The notes: generated by a model not told the origin, from the letters alone. Shown: positions 1-8,993, counted from the first letter of the stretch. The stretch: 32,000 nt of DNA from Archaeoglobus fulgidus DSM 4304 (GCF_000008665.1 NC_000917.1:2040001-2072000); one strand, 5' to 3'. A program made the numbers and translations.

Positions 1-711
1 CCACTTCCACTCCAAGCCCGCATCAATGAAGCTCGCTGCTGTGACAACTGCGGAGCGTATGTTGAAGAACTCAACGATGGCAATTGTGACAGCCTCCGCC
101 CTAAAGGGCAGAAACTTCAGGGATTCGGCCATAAGGTCGAACACACCAAGCTGGGAGAGCAAGGAGACTATGAAGTATGTTGCAGCCATAACTGCGCCTA
201 TTCTAACCACGTTCTGGGAAACAGAGAGGGGACTTAGCTCTGGAGCGCTCGTATCGCTGTTTTTCCGGCTTCTCGACAAAAGCAATCCTATGAGCGATTT
301 AATCGCAGCAACCGCAAATCTCACTGCGGTGTAAACCACTCCGGCAAATCCCAGAACTGGGATAACGAAGGGGATGAAGTAAGCGTACAGGTGGCTGAAA
401 ACGCTTGGAAAGGAGTTTAGAAAGGATATGGCAATGACCTCTCTATCATCAACCTTTTTCTCCCTCCAAGCCTGGGAGAGCATTGAGTAGCTTGCTGTCG
501 GGCTGACGAAGCAGGTGGCGAAGCTTATCACCGCGAACTCGCTCACGCCGAATTTTCTTAAAGCTGGCTGGAGGAAAAGGGCGAATCTCTCAAGGTATCC
601 CTTCTTTATAGAGTAGCTCACCGCGTAAATGGCTATTACGACGACAGGAAGGCTTTTGATTAGGAATGCTGCTGTGGAGTAAGCTGCCTTGCCGACGGCG
701 GATTCAATCAT
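1..711 (-). CDS. Integral membrane protein, N-terminal 237 codons only (ORF runs off the left edge); possibly nucleoside-recognition (Gate) domain family
   Basis: My own minus-strand translation from ATG 711-709 gives MIESAVGKAAYSTAAFLIKSLPVVVIAIYAVSYSIKKGYLERFALFLQPALRKFGVSEF... The frame is open for all 237 codons to position 1 and has several hydrophobic helices. The ATG overlaps the udg stop (ATGA, 708-711). It is absent from the ORF track because no stop lies inside the window. The family guess is weak. Confidence 0.75.
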   Translation of the reverse strand, partial: MIESAVGKAAYSTAAFLIKSLPVVVIAIYAVSYSIKKGYLERFALFLQPALRKFGVSEFAVISFATCFVSPTASYSMLSQAWREKKVDDREVIAISFLNSFPSVFSHLYAYFIPFVIPVLGFAGVVYTAVRFAVAAIKSLIGLLLSRSRKNSDTSAPELSPLSVSQNVVRIGAVMAATYFIVSLLSQLGVFDLMAESLKFLPFRAEAVTIAIVEFFNIRSAVVTAASFIDAGLEWKW

Positions 712-1307
712 AGGTAATCAAAGAGCGTGGGCTGCTTTTTTCCGCACAGCTCGCCGATCTTCTTGAAGTCGCTCTCGTACTCCTCCCTTAGCTGAGGTCG
801 GTAGAGAACGGCTGCGGGATGGTAAATTGCGATAACCTTCACCTTTTTGCCCCACCTCTCCACCTCGTAAACCTTGCCCTTTACTCTGGAAATCGTCGTG
901 AATTCGAGGTCGAAAAGGTTGAAGATGAACTGAGCCGCAAACCGCCCGAGACAGACGATTACGTTCGGTCTGATTGCTTCAAGCTGCCTCACAAGGTAAT
1001 CTCCGCACTTTTCAACCTCCTCCGGAGTTGGGTCGCGGTTGTTGGGGGGTCGGCACTTGAGCACGTTGGTTATGTAAACGTCCTCCCTCCTCAAGCCGAT
1101 TGAAGCCAGCATCTCCGTCAGAAGCTTTCCGGCAGCACCGACAAACGGCTCCCCCTTTAAGTCCTCATCTCTGCCGGGAGCTTCTCCCACAAAAACGATT
1201 TCGGCCTTCTCATTTCCCACTCCAGGAACGTAGTTCGTTTTCGTTTTGTGGAGGTCGCATTTCCTGCAGCTCATGATTTCCCGGACTATGTCGTCCAGAG
1301 ACTCCAT
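708..1307 (-). CDS. udg: Uracil-DNA glycosylase, family 4 (Fe-S type)
   Basis: 199 aa. Carries the GEAPG motif (VGEAPGRDED), an HPAA motif (IYHPAAVLY), and an N-terminal CxxC plus further Cys typical of thermophilic family-4 UDGs. Confidence 0.93.
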   Translation of the reverse strand: MESLDDIVREIMSCRKCDLHKTKTNYVPGVGNEKAEIVFVGEAPGRDEDLKGEPFVGAAGKLLTEMLASIGLRREDVYITNVLKCRPPNNRDPTPEEVEKCGDYLVRQLEAIRPNVIVCLGRFAAQFIFNLFDLEFTTISRVKGKVYEVERWGKKVKVIAIYHPAAVLYRPQLREEYESDFKKIGELCGKKQPTLFDYL

Positions 1308-1325
1308 CGCTCTAATGTTTAAGGC

Positions 1326-1337
1326 AAATTAAAATAG
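1326..1337. promoter_or_regulatory. Single TATA-like element shared by divergent udg and the radical-SAM gene
   Basis: AAATTAAAATAG is the only strongly AT-rich element in the 49-nt spacer. Its centre (about 1331) is 24 nt from the udg ATG (1307) and 26 nt from GTG 1357. Confidence 0.4.
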
Positions 1338-1338
1338 T

Positions 1339-2349
1339 TTGCTGATAAGAAGTTTTGTGGAGGCATCCCTTTACAGTAGAGTTGGGGACAAAGTGGTTTG
1401 CCAGCTATGCTGGAGATTCTGCAAGCTGGGGGATGGAGAGGAGGGACACTGCAGGGTGAGGAGAAACGAAGGGGGGAAAATTTTTACCACAACCTACGGC
1501 AAACTCAGCCACCTCGAAAGCAGACCGATCGAGATTAAGCCGTTCTTTCACTTCCTCCCCGGCTCCACCAGCATGACCTTCTCGACGTACTCGTGCAACT
1601 TTGACTGCCCCTGGTGCCAGAACTGGAGCATTTCCAAAGCAACCCCTCCGGAAGCGCTGAGGGAGACGAGCCCCGAAGAGGTGGTTGATTTGGCGCTGAT
1701 TATGGGGGATAAAAGTACCTGCGCAAGCCTGAACGAGCCGACCCTGCTTTACGAATACCTTCTTGACGTTTTCAGGCTTGCAAGGGAGAAGGGGCTGAAG
1801 AACACGATGGTCAGCAACGGCTACATGTCGATTTTAGCGTTGAAAAATTTGAAAAATGCTGGACTTGATGCTATAAACATTGACGTAAAGGGGGATGAGA
1901 GGGTTTACAGGGATTACTGCAATGCAGAAGTTGAGTATGTTTGGAGGGTGATCGAGAAAGCCACCAAACTGGGAATACATGTAGAGGTCGTTTGCCTGCT
2001 CGTCTCCAACGTGGTGGATGAGGAGGTGGTTAGGGAAATCGTTCGGGAGCACCTGAGGAGAGCTGGTAGCAGCATTCCAATCCACTTCACGCGCTATTTC
2101 CCCGCATACAGGTTCACAGCACCTCCGACGAGGATTGAGTTCCTGGAGTGGGCGGTGAAGCATGCGTATAAGGAGGGAGCCGAGTTCGCGTACATCGGCA
2201 ACGTCCCGGGGCACAGGTTTGAGAACACACACTGTCCCGACTGTGGGGAGCTTTTAATAAGAAGGTATTCCTTCTCCACTGTCGATAACAGAATTCGGAG
2301 CGGATGCTGCCCCAAGTGCGGGAGGGAGATTTACGGAGTTTGGGTTTGA
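1339..2349 (+). CDS. AmmeMemoRadiSam-system radical SAM enzyme (PflA-like activase family)
   Basis: Radical-SAM CxxxCxxC motif (CNFDCPWCQNW) and an N-terminal Cys cluster (VVCQLCWRFC...GHCRVRRNEGG). The track start is TTG 1339. The in-frame GTG at 1357 gives the family-typical N-terminus MEASLYS... and sits about 26 nt from the only TATA-like element, so 1357 is the more likely start. Confidence 0.9.
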   Translation: MLIRSFVEASLYSRVGDKVVCQLCWRFCKLGDGEEGHCRVRRNEGGKIFTTTYGKLSHLESRPIEIKPFFHFLPGSTSMTFSTYSCNFDCPWCQNWSISKATPPEALRETSPEEVVDLALIMGDKSTCASLNEPTLLYEYLLDVFRLAREKGLKNTMVSNGYMSILALKNLKNAGLDAINIDVKGDERVYRDYCNAEVEYVWRVIEKATKLGIHVEVVCLLVSNVVDEEVVREIVREHLRRAGSSIPIHFTRYFPAYRFTAPPTRIEFLEWAVKHAYKEGAEFAYIGNVPGHRFENTHCPDCGELLIRRYSFSTVDNRIRSGCCPKCGREIYGVWV

Positions 2350-2390
2350 GGGAGCAAACAAAATTTATTCATTCAGGTATAGAGATAACC

Positions 2391-2600
2391 ATGAACCCTT
2401 TCAAAGTTATGATAGGTTTTGCCGTGGTAATGCTCGGTCTCACCCTGCTCGCATTGAGCAGTGCTGAGAACGTGGAGTACGGAGGAGTGGTAATTATCGG
2501 TCCATTCCCCATCGTTTTCGGCTCATCACCTGACATTGCCGTTCTTATGGTATTTGTAGCTTTAATTCTAATTCTTCTGCCCCTGCTGATGAGGTGGTAG
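2391..2600 (+). CDS. Small two-TM membrane protein, DUF131/TIGR00304-like
   Basis: ATG at 2391 (MNPFKVMIGFAVVMLGL...) lies 25 nt downstream of the TATA-like AAATTTATT (2361-2369). It has two hydrophobic helices flanking GGVVIIGPFPIVFGSS. The track extension to 2304 overlaps the radical-SAM gene and is unlikely. Confidence 0.7.
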   Translation: MNPFKVMIGFAVVMLGLTLLALSSAENVEYGGVVIIGPFPIVFGSSPDIAVLMVFVALILILLPLLMRW

Positions 2601-2601
2601 C

Positions 2602-2904
2602 ATGCTGGCCTTGCTTTCCCTCATCATAATCCTTCTTGGGATTTATCTGATCATTTCGGGCTTAAGAGAGCCATTCTGGATCGAAGAATGGGAGGATGAG
2701 GAAGAGGATGAGAGAGAATACGAGAGAAGGAGAATCTCAGAACGCCGGAAATCGGATGAGCCAAAAAGGGAAGTGAAAGGAGGAGGGGTCGTTCTGATAG
2801 GGCCCATACCAATCGTATTCGGCGATAGCAAGTACGCCTTCCTCTCCCTCCTTCTGGCAATAATCCTGATGCTCCTCTCCATCGCCGTAATTCTCATTTC
2901 ATAG
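2602..2904 (+). CDS. Small two-TM membrane protein, DUF131/TIGR00304-like paralog with a hypercharged insert
   Basis: Starts 1 nt after the previous stop. Shares GGVVLIGPIPIVFGDS with its neighbour and carries the insert WEDEEEDEREYERRRISERRKSDEPKRE between TM1 and the conserved loop. Confidence 0.7.
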   Translation: MLALLSLIIILLGIYLIISGLREPFWIEEWEDEEEDEREYERRRISERRKSDEPKREVKGGGVVLIGPIPIVFGDSKYAFLSLLLAIILMLLSIAVILIS

Positions 2905-2970
2905 CGATAAGCACAGCTGTACATATCGGAAATTATATATTTTTTCAAATCAAATGGTATTGGTGATTTT

Positions 2971-4812
2971 ATGGCAGGAGGTTATATGGGCAAAATTTTG
3001 AAGGTGAATTTGAGCGAGGGGAGCATAAAGGAGCTCCCGATTGATGAGGAAATAGCCAGAAAATACCTTGGCGGGAAGGGATATGCAGTAAGACTTCTTT
3101 ACGACTACCTCACCGAGTACGAGAGGCTCGGAATCGCCCCAGAGGACATCGACCCGCTCGGGGAGGAGAACGTTCTGATTTTCGCTACTGGCCCTGCGAC
3201 GGGTGTTATAGGCTTTCCAGAACCGGGAAGGTACCACGTCATGACTCTCAGAAGCCCGCTAACCGGAGGGATTGGCTCCGCAAACAGCGGTGGCAGATTT
3301 GGACCGTACATGAAGTTTGCGGGCTACGACATGATTATTGTGGAGGGCAAAAGCGAGGAGCCCGTTTACCTCGAGGTAATTGATGGTTCTGCAGAGATAA
3401 AGTGCGCAAAGGACCTTTGGGGCAAAAACACCTTCGACACCACGAGAATTCTCACAAAGAGAGCTGGAGGAAACTGCAGCGTCGCATGCATCGGTCCCGC
3501 GGGAGAGAATCTAGTCCATATTGCCTGCATAATAAACGAAGAGCACAGAGCTGCAGGGAGAACGGGAGTTGGAGCCGTTATGGGCTCGAAGAAGCTAAAG
3601 GCGATCGTCGTCAAAGGCTCGGAGAGGCCGGAAATAGCCAAGCCCGACGAGTTCAAGGCTGCATCAAAGGAAATGCTGGACAAGATCAAGCAGAACCCGG
3701 TAACGGGAGAGGGTCTGCCGAAGTACGGAACAGCGGTGCTGGTTAACGTGATAAACAACGCCGGAGCGTTGCCCTACAAGAACTGGCAGGAGGCGTACAA
3801 CGAGAAGGCGGATGAAATCAGCGGAGAAACACTGGAGGCGAAGTACCTGAGGAAGAGGGTCGCATGCTGGGGCTGCAGCATAGGGTGCGGAAGGGCGACG
3901 GAGGTTAAGACCGGTCCGTTCAAGGTCCTCAACACTGAAGGGCCTGAGTACGAGTCAATTTGGGCTCTCGGTAACGATACTGCAGTGATAAACCTTGAGG
4001 CGGTTATCAAGGCCAACCACTTCTGCGACGAGCTTGGCATAGACACAATCTCAATGGGTTCAACAATTGCCTGTGCGATGGAGCTTTACGAGAAGGGCTA
4101 CATAAAGGACGAGGACCTTCAGGGACTCGATTTGTCCTTCGGCAGCGATGCGGCGATGGTTGAGGCTGTGTGGAGAACTGCGTACAAGACTGGTATAGGG
4201 AAGTACCTGGCTTTGGGCAGCAAAAGGTTGGCAGAGATCTTCGGCGCACCTGAGCTTTCGATGAGCGTTAAGGGACTTGAGATGCCTGCCTACGACCCAA
4301 GAGGCATAAAGGGCATAGGACTGAACTACGCAACCGCAAACAGAGGAGGTTGCCACGTTACCGGCTACACGGTCTCGCCGGAAATTGTGGGGCTGCCTGA
4401 GAAAATCGACCCACTCACCTACGAAGGAAAGGCCGCATGGGTTAAGGCCTTCCAGGACTTCACCTGTGTGGTGAACTCCGCGGTGAACTGCCTCTTCACG
4501 ACCTTCGCTCTCGGTGCAGAGGACTATGCGGTGCTGCTCTCCCACATCACAGGATGGGATTTGAACGCTGACGAGATAATGAAAATTGGAGAGAGAATTT
4601 ACAACCTCGAGAGAGTTATACTCAACAAGTACGGCTTCGACGGCAAGGATGACACACTTCCGAAGCGCTTGCTAACCGAACCGCTTAAGGAGGGGCCAGC
4701 CAAGGGACAGGTCGTTGAGCTGGACAGGATGAAGGAGGAGTACTATCAGCTAAGAGGCTGGGAGAACGGAGTTCCGACAAAAGAGAAATTGAAGGAGCTG
4801 GACATCCCCTAA
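2971..4812 (+). CDS. aor: Tungsten-containing aldehyde:ferredoxin oxidoreductase (AOR family)
   Basis: 613 aa with an AOR-type N-terminus (GKILKVNLSEGSIKELPIDEEIARKYLGGKGYAVRLL), Fe-S ligand cluster RVACWGCSIGCGR and a later NC motif. The start may be the second ATG at 2986, which is preceded by GGAGGT. Confidence 0.95.
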   Translation: MAGGYMGKILKVNLSEGSIKELPIDEEIARKYLGGKGYAVRLLYDYLTEYERLGIAPEDIDPLGEENVLIFATGPATGVIGFPEPGRYHVMTLRSPLTGGIGSANSGGRFGPYMKFAGYDMIIVEGKSEEPVYLEVIDGSAEIKCAKDLWGKNTFDTTRILTKRAGGNCSVACIGPAGENLVHIACIINEEHRAAGRTGVGAVMGSKKLKAIVVKGSERPEIAKPDEFKAASKEMLDKIKQNPVTGEGLPKYGTAVLVNVINNAGALPYKNWQEAYNEKADEISGETLEAKYLRKRVACWGCSIGCGRATEVKTGPFKVLNTEGPEYESIWALGNDTAVINLEAVIKANHFCDELGIDTISMGSTIACAMELYEKGYIKDEDLQGLDLSFGSDAAMVEAVWRTAYKTGIGKYLALGSKRLAEIFGAPELSMSVKGLEMPAYDPRGIKGIGLNYATANRGGCHVTGYTVSPEIVGLPEKIDPLTYEGKAAWVKAFQDFTCVVNSAVNCLFTTFALGAEDYAVLLSHITGWDLNADEIMKIGERIYNLERVILNKYGFDGKDDTLPKRLLTEPLKEGPAKGQVVELDRMKEEYYQLRGWENGVPTKEKLKELDIP

Positions 4813-4818
4813 TTTTTT
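4813..4818 (+). terminator. Oligo-T tract directly after the aor stop
   Basis: TAA (4810-4812) is followed by TTTTTT. Archaeal termination commonly uses oligo-T. The tract overlaps the convergent rpoD stop codon (4817-4819). Confidence 0.4.
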
Positions 4819-5611
4819 ACTGGATCTCTTCAATTATTTTGTTCATTTCCTCGGCCTTGCTTCTCAGGATTTCGAGGGCTTTTTTCATAACTTCCCTGAC
4901 CGGCAGCGCACCCGTTCCCTCAACCGTGAAAAGGAAGTTGTTCGTTTCGTTCACGCTGATGGCGTTCATCTCACAGACCTCTACGCACTCCCCGCACATC
5001 GAGCAGGCCATAACATTCTTAACTCTGACCTTATCTCCATCCTTCTCGAAAACGTTTCTCGGGCAGGCTTCGATGCAGTCTCCACAACCGTTGCAGTTCT
5101 CGTTAACAACAATTTCCGGTATTATCTTGTAAACGCACACAGAGACGGGCTGGAACTTTGCGTGCTCTCTCCCCGTGCCCAGCCTCGCAACAGCCTCAAG
5201 CATCAACTGCTGACCCTCAAAAAGCTCCAGAACCGGGATGTTGTCTATAGCGAAAACGACATCCGGGTCATCGCTGATGAAATCTCCTGAGTAAACAACC
5301 TTTGGTCCCTCGACGTTAAGCCTGAAGGATATCTGGCAGTTGGGACACCCCTCTCCACCGCAAGAGCATTCGCTCTGCATGTTGAACCTGTCGAGGTAGG
5401 TTTTTATGGGAAGCATCGCCAGTCTGTGAGCTATAACCTCGTCGTAGAAGTAGCTTGAGTTGAGGTAGATGTCAACGTAATCAACTGCCATTGCCGGAAC
5501 TTCTGCCTTCATCGCTCTTCTGAAGGAGTTTGCAAGCGCTGGAGAAGCGTTTTTCAAAATAAATTTAATTTTAAAATCCTTTTCTTCCAGAATTTCAATT
5601 TCTGGCATCAT
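4817..5611 (-). CDS. rpoD: DNA-directed RNA polymerase subunit D (with ferredoxin-like 4Fe-4S domain)
   Basis: 264 aa with the RpoD/Rpb3-like N-terminus IKFILKNASPALANSFRRAM and inserted CNGCGDCIEACP and CSMCGECVEVC motifs. Follows rps11 with a 1-nt overlap, the canonical archaeal order. Confidence 0.93.
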   Translation of the reverse strand: MMPEIEILEEKDFKIKFILKNASPALANSFRRAMKAEVPAMAVDYVDIYLNSSYFYDEVIAHRLAMLPIKTYLDRFNMQSECSCGGEGCPNCQISFRLNVEGPKVVYSGDFISDDPDVVFAIDNIPVLELFEGQQLMLEAVARLGTGREHAKFQPVSVCVYKIIPEIVVNENCNGCGDCIEACPRNVFEKDGDKVRVKNVMACSMCGECVEVCEMNAISVNETNNFLFTVEGTGALPVREVMKKALEILRSKAEEMNKIIEEIQ

Positions 5612-6012
5612 CAGACTCTCCTGCCTCTCTTACCTCCCGGAGGTCTCGTTCCGTCGTGCGGAATTGGCGTAACGTCTTCAATTCTTCCTATCTTAAGCCC
5701 TGCCCTTGCAAGGGCTCTTATCGCCGCCTGCGCCCCAGGGCCGGGAGTTGTGTGCTTGTTTCCTCCCGGAGCCCTAACCTTTATGTGCACACCGTCAATT
5801 CCCTTTTCCTTCGCTATCGCTGCAGCCCTAAGTGCCGCCTGCATTGCGGTGTAAGGGTTGCCCTCATCTCTGTCGGCCTTGACGATCATTCCGCCGCTTA
5901 CTCTTGCAATTATCTCCGCTCCGGTTATGTCTGTAATCGTGATAATCGTGTTGTTGTATGACGAGTAGATGTGAGCTATCCCCCACCTTCCTCCCTTCTT
6001 CTTCTCGGCCAT
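5611..6012 (-). CDS. rps11: 30S ribosomal protein S11
   Basis: 133 aa: [24 protein letters not shown]...VRAPGGNK...[31 protein letters not shown]. Confidence 0.97.
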   Translation of the reverse strand: MAEKKKGGRWGIAHIYSSYNNTIITITDITGAEIIARVSGGMIVKADRDEGNPYTAMQAALRAAAIAKEKGIDGVHIKVRAPGGNKHTTPGPGAQAAIRALARAGLKIGRIEDVTPIPHDGTRPPGGKRGRRV

Positions 6013-6530
6013 CAGACCACCTCAGTCTTTGCAAGAGGAGAATTCCTGTAGAAGGAAATTTTGCTCTCAAGCTCTTTGGTTACGATAAAGCTTGGAGAGG
6101 TGACTCTCCTTCCGTCAACAGCGATGTGACCGTGAGTTATGAACTGCCTCGCCTGCTTTATGGTCCTTGCCAGGCCCTGCCTGTAAACCATCGTCTGAAG
6201 CCTCCTCTCAAGGAAGTCCTCAACGCTGAGGTTCAGGATGTCGTCGAGAGTTGCGTTTTCAGGCAGTATGCCCATCTTGTTAAGCTTCTTGATGACCGTC
6301 TGGGCTTTTGCCTTTGCAATCTCACCTTCCTTGCCCGGAAGCCCAATTTCAGCGAGGAGGTCTCGGGCAACTCTCCTGTACTTCCTCAGAATATTCTGGA
6401 ATCTCCAGAGCTCTCTCTTGTTCCTGAGACCGTATTTTATCACCAGCTGCATCTCCTTCTCAAGTCTGGCCTTATCCCAGGGATGAGTTGGAGTTGTGTA
6501 CTTCTTTCTGTGTCGCTTTGGATCGCCCAT
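6012..6530 (-). CDS. rps4: 30S ribosomal protein S4
   Basis: 172 aa: [26 protein letters not shown]..., with a C-terminal S4 RNA-binding domain ([35 protein letters not shown]). Confidence 0.97.
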
Positions 6531-6535
6531 CTAAA

Positions 6536-6976
6536 TCACCTCTTCCTCCTAACAACACCGACTGTTCTGCCCTTCCTTCCAGTTGACCTCGTTCTCTGAC
6601 CTCTGACCTTCTTGCCCCTCGCATGCCTGACGCCGCGATAGGCCTTCATCTTAATCAGTCTCTCTATGTCCAGCATTCTGGCGAAGTCAACATCCTTCGA
6701 CAGAAGGTGAAGGTCCTGGCCGGAGTAGGGGTCCTTTCTTCTGTTCAGTAGCCACGACGGGAGCGATTCGATTTCCTCCTCAACAAATTTCTTAACCTTC
6801 TCGATCGTCTCGTCGTCGAGCTCTCCGAGCTTCGCCCTTCCGTCCACTCCGAGCTCGTTGACTATACATCTCGCCGCTCTGAGCCCAATCCCCTTTATCC
6901 CTGTGAGAGCGAACATGAGACTCTTGTTCCCGTCCAGATCCGTATCGGCAATTCTCACGATATGCTTGAACGTCAT
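6536..6976 (-). CDS. rps13: 30S ribosomal protein S13
   Basis: 146 aa: IVRIADTDLDGNKSLMFALTGIKGIGLRAARCI...YRGVRHARGKKVRGQRTRSTGR. Confidence 0.97.
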   Translation of the reverse strand: MTFKHIVRIADTDLDGNKSLMFALTGIKGIGLRAARCIVNELGVDGRAKLGELDDETIEKVKKFVEEEIESLPSWLLNRRKDPYSGQDLHLLSKDVDFARMLDIERLIKMKAYRGVRHARGKKVRGQRTRSTGRKGRTVGVVRRKR

Positions 6977-7012
6977 AACATCACCGTCTAAGAGGAAGCA
7001 AGCCTGTAAGGA

Positions 7013-7020
7013 TATTTAAA
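7013..7020 (-). promoter_or_regulatory. TATA box candidate for the rps13-rps4-rps11-rpoD operon
   Basis: The minus strand reads CTTTAAATAT about 37-45 nt upstream of ATG 6976. A GGTGAT Shine-Dalgarno-like element lies 3 nt upstream of the ATG. Confidence 0.45.
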
Positions 7021-7080
7021 GGTTATGTGCCCCCCTTCAATTGAGGATTATTCCAATTTTAGCATTTAATTCGCCGCTCT

Positions 7081-8061
7081 TCACTTTTTTCTTGTAACCA
7101 AGAAGTCGGTAAGTTCCAGCAGTGTTTCCTTGGCTTTGCTTTCAGGCAGAACTTCGAGCTTTCTTTTCGCCTCTTCAGCCATCTTTCTTGCCATGCTGGC
7201 AGCGTAATCAATCGCACCACACTCTCTTAACTTTTCGATATCATCTCTAATCTCAGAGACGTCCGCCTTTTCCTTTCCAAACGTCTTTAGCTTCACTCCC
7301 TTTTCGAACGCCTTTATGACAATCAGGGTTTTCTTCCCTTTAAGCAGGTCGCTTCCCCAGTCCTTTCCGGTCTCCTCAGTCAGGTCAAGCAGGTCGTCCT
7401 GGATCTGGAAGCCAATACCGCTAAGAACTCCGTAGTCCCACAGCGCCTTTACAATTTCCTCGCTCTCCCCAAAAAGCACCGCAGGTAATGCTGCAGAAGC
7501 TGCAATCAGCACTCCGGTCTTCAGCTCGACCATCCTGAGATACTCCTCCTCGGAAACGCTCTCCTTTTTCTCAAAGCTCATGTCGTAGTACTGCCCCTCG
7601 CATATTTTTATGCAAACGTCCGAAAGCATTTCTGTAGCTTTTCTGATTCCCTCGCTCTCAACATCGCACTTTGTCAGCAGCTTGAAGGCTTCAGCAAAGA
7701 GTGTGTCGCCTGCTAAAATGGCCGTCGCTTCCCCATAAACCCTGTGTACCGTCGGAACTCCCCTCCTCATCTCGTCCCTGTCCATTATGTCGTCATGCAC
7801 GAGGGTGAAGTTGTGGATTGTTTCAATGCTGACAGCAGCCGGGATAATCTTTCTGTAGTCTTTCCCAAGGGCTTCGACTGCTAAGAGGCTTATTACAGGC
7901 CTTAGCCTCTTGCCACCTGCTTTGATCAGATGCCTTGCGGCTTTGTAGAGTCCAATCGGCTCCCTTTCGGGCAGAAGCTCTTCAATGGCTTTGTTGATTA
8001 TTTCGGCCCTTTTCGCTATTTCCTCCTTCAGCATGGCAATCAACCTCTGAAATCGATCCAC
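7081..8061 (-). CDS. idsA: Geranylgeranyl diphosphate synthase (trans-polyprenyl synthase family)
   Basis: Two DDxxD motifs (LVHDDIMDRDEMRRG and FQIQDDLLD). An alternative start at ATG 8034 (MLKEEIAKR...) would remove the 22-nt overlap with idi2. Confidence 0.92.
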   Translation of the reverse strand: MDRFQRLIAMLKEEIAKRAEIINKAIEELLPEREPIGLYKAARHLIKAGGKRLRPVISLLAVEALGKDYRKIIPAAVSIETIHNFTLVHDDIMDRDEMRRGVPTVHRVYGEATAILAGDTLFAEAFKLLTKCDVESEGIRKATEMLSDVCIKICEGQYYDMSFEKKESVSEEEYLRMVELKTGVLIAASAALPAVLFGESEEIVKALWDYGVLSGIGFQIQDDLLDLTEETGKDWGSDLLKGKKTLIVIKAFEKGVKLKTFGKEKADVSEIRDDIEKLRECGAIDYAASMARKMAEEAKRKLEVLPESKAKETLLELTDFLVTRKK

Positions 8062-8993
8062 TCTTTCAACCTTCCCGAAACGAAAACTTTTAGGCCCTTT
8101 AGCTCCTCAACGTTTTTGCAGCCCGTTAAAAACATTGCCGTTTTTAATCCCCTCCTGAAGTACTCGATTTCCTCCCTTACCTTCTCAGCACTCTCAACCG
8201 CTGCCCTGAGGAAGGGCAAGGCCGCGCTTCCCAACTCGGCCCCGATTGCTATGGACTTCGCCACGTCAAGGCCGCTCCTCAGTCCGCCCGTGGCGATGAC
8301 GGGCAGAATTCCCCTGCAATCAACGATGCTGAAGGCTGTTGGCAATCCCCAGTCCCAGAAGTCAATACCCACCGACTTGGAGACCTCATCGTTAACCCTG
8401 TAAACTTCAACGCCGCTGAACGTCGTTCCACCCTTACCTCCAACGTCTATCGCTGAAACGCCCGCCCTCTTCAGCATTACTGCAACCTCTCTGCTTATCC
8501 CCGCTCCCGTTTCCTTTGCGATAACCGGAACCTTCACGGATCTGCATACCTCTTCCAGGACCTCCAGGCCCTTTTCCGCGTTCAAATCACCCTCCGGCTG
8601 AATTGCCTCCTGAAGGTAGTTGAGGTGAATCGCAACCGCATCGGCATCAATCATCTCCACAGCCCTGTCAACAATCTCAACCCCCCTCTCTATAACCTGA
8701 GGCATTCCAATGTTCGCATAGACAAACGCATTCGGAGCCTTCTCCCTTACAACAGTAAAGCTGTCCGCAAGGCTCTCATCCTCTATCGCCGCCCTCTGAC
8801 TTCCGACACCCATGCCTATCCCGGCCTCCTCCACCGCTTCACCCAAACGGGCGTTGATTTCCTTCGTTTCGGGATGCCCACCGGTCATAGAGGCGATGAG
8901 GAGGGGAAACGAAAGCTTTTTCCCAAAAAACTCGATTTCTGTGTCAATCTTCCAGTAATCGACCTCGGGAAGAGCCTTGTGAATCAGCATCAC
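8040..8993 (-). CDS. fni: Isopentenyl-diphosphate delta-isomerase, type 2 (FMN-dependent); true 5' end probably further upstream (to about 9077)
   Basis: Motifs IASMTGG, GVGSQRAA and ATGGLRSGLDVAK. The coordinates are the canonical GTG-start ORF from the track. The conserved N-terminal segment STSKRKIDHLKICLEEEVESGYTGLEDV is encoded in-frame upstream without a canonical start (see finding). Confidence 0.93.
   Translation of the reverse strand: MMLIHKALPEVDYWKIDTEIEFFGKKLSFPLLIASMTGGHPETKEINARLGEAVEEAGIGMGVGSQRAAIEDESLADSFTVVREKAPNAFVYANIGMPQVIERGVEIVDRAVEMIDADAVAIHLNYLQEAIQPEGDLNAEKGLEVLEEVCRSVKVPVIAKETGAGISREVAVMLKRAGVSAIDVGGKGGTTFSGVEVYRVNDEVSKSVGIDFWDWGLPTAFSIVDCRGILPVIATGGLRSGLDVAKSIAIGAELGSAALPFLRAAVESAEKVREEIEYFRRGLKTAMFLTGCKNVEELKGLKVFVSGRLKEWIDFRG

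Noticed and set aside
26-334. 102-aa plus-strand ORF in the track
   Set aside because: It lies antisense to a much longer open minus-strand frame (1-711) that encodes a plausible membrane protein coupled to udg. Its own sequence has no recognisable features.
2304-2390. N-terminal extension of the first DUF131-like ORF
   Set aside because: It overlaps the 3' end of the radical-SAM gene and covers the TATA-like element. ATG 2391 gives a clean TM-first protein matching its paralog.
3105-4545. Several 68-161-aa ORFs in other frames or antisense within aor (3105-3311, 3366-3758, 3402-3746, 3774-4046, 4007-4249, 4060-4545)
   Set aside because: They are entirely nested in a strongly supported AOR coding region. 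They have Arg/Ser/Pro-rich compositions typical of off-frame translation of a GC-rich gene.
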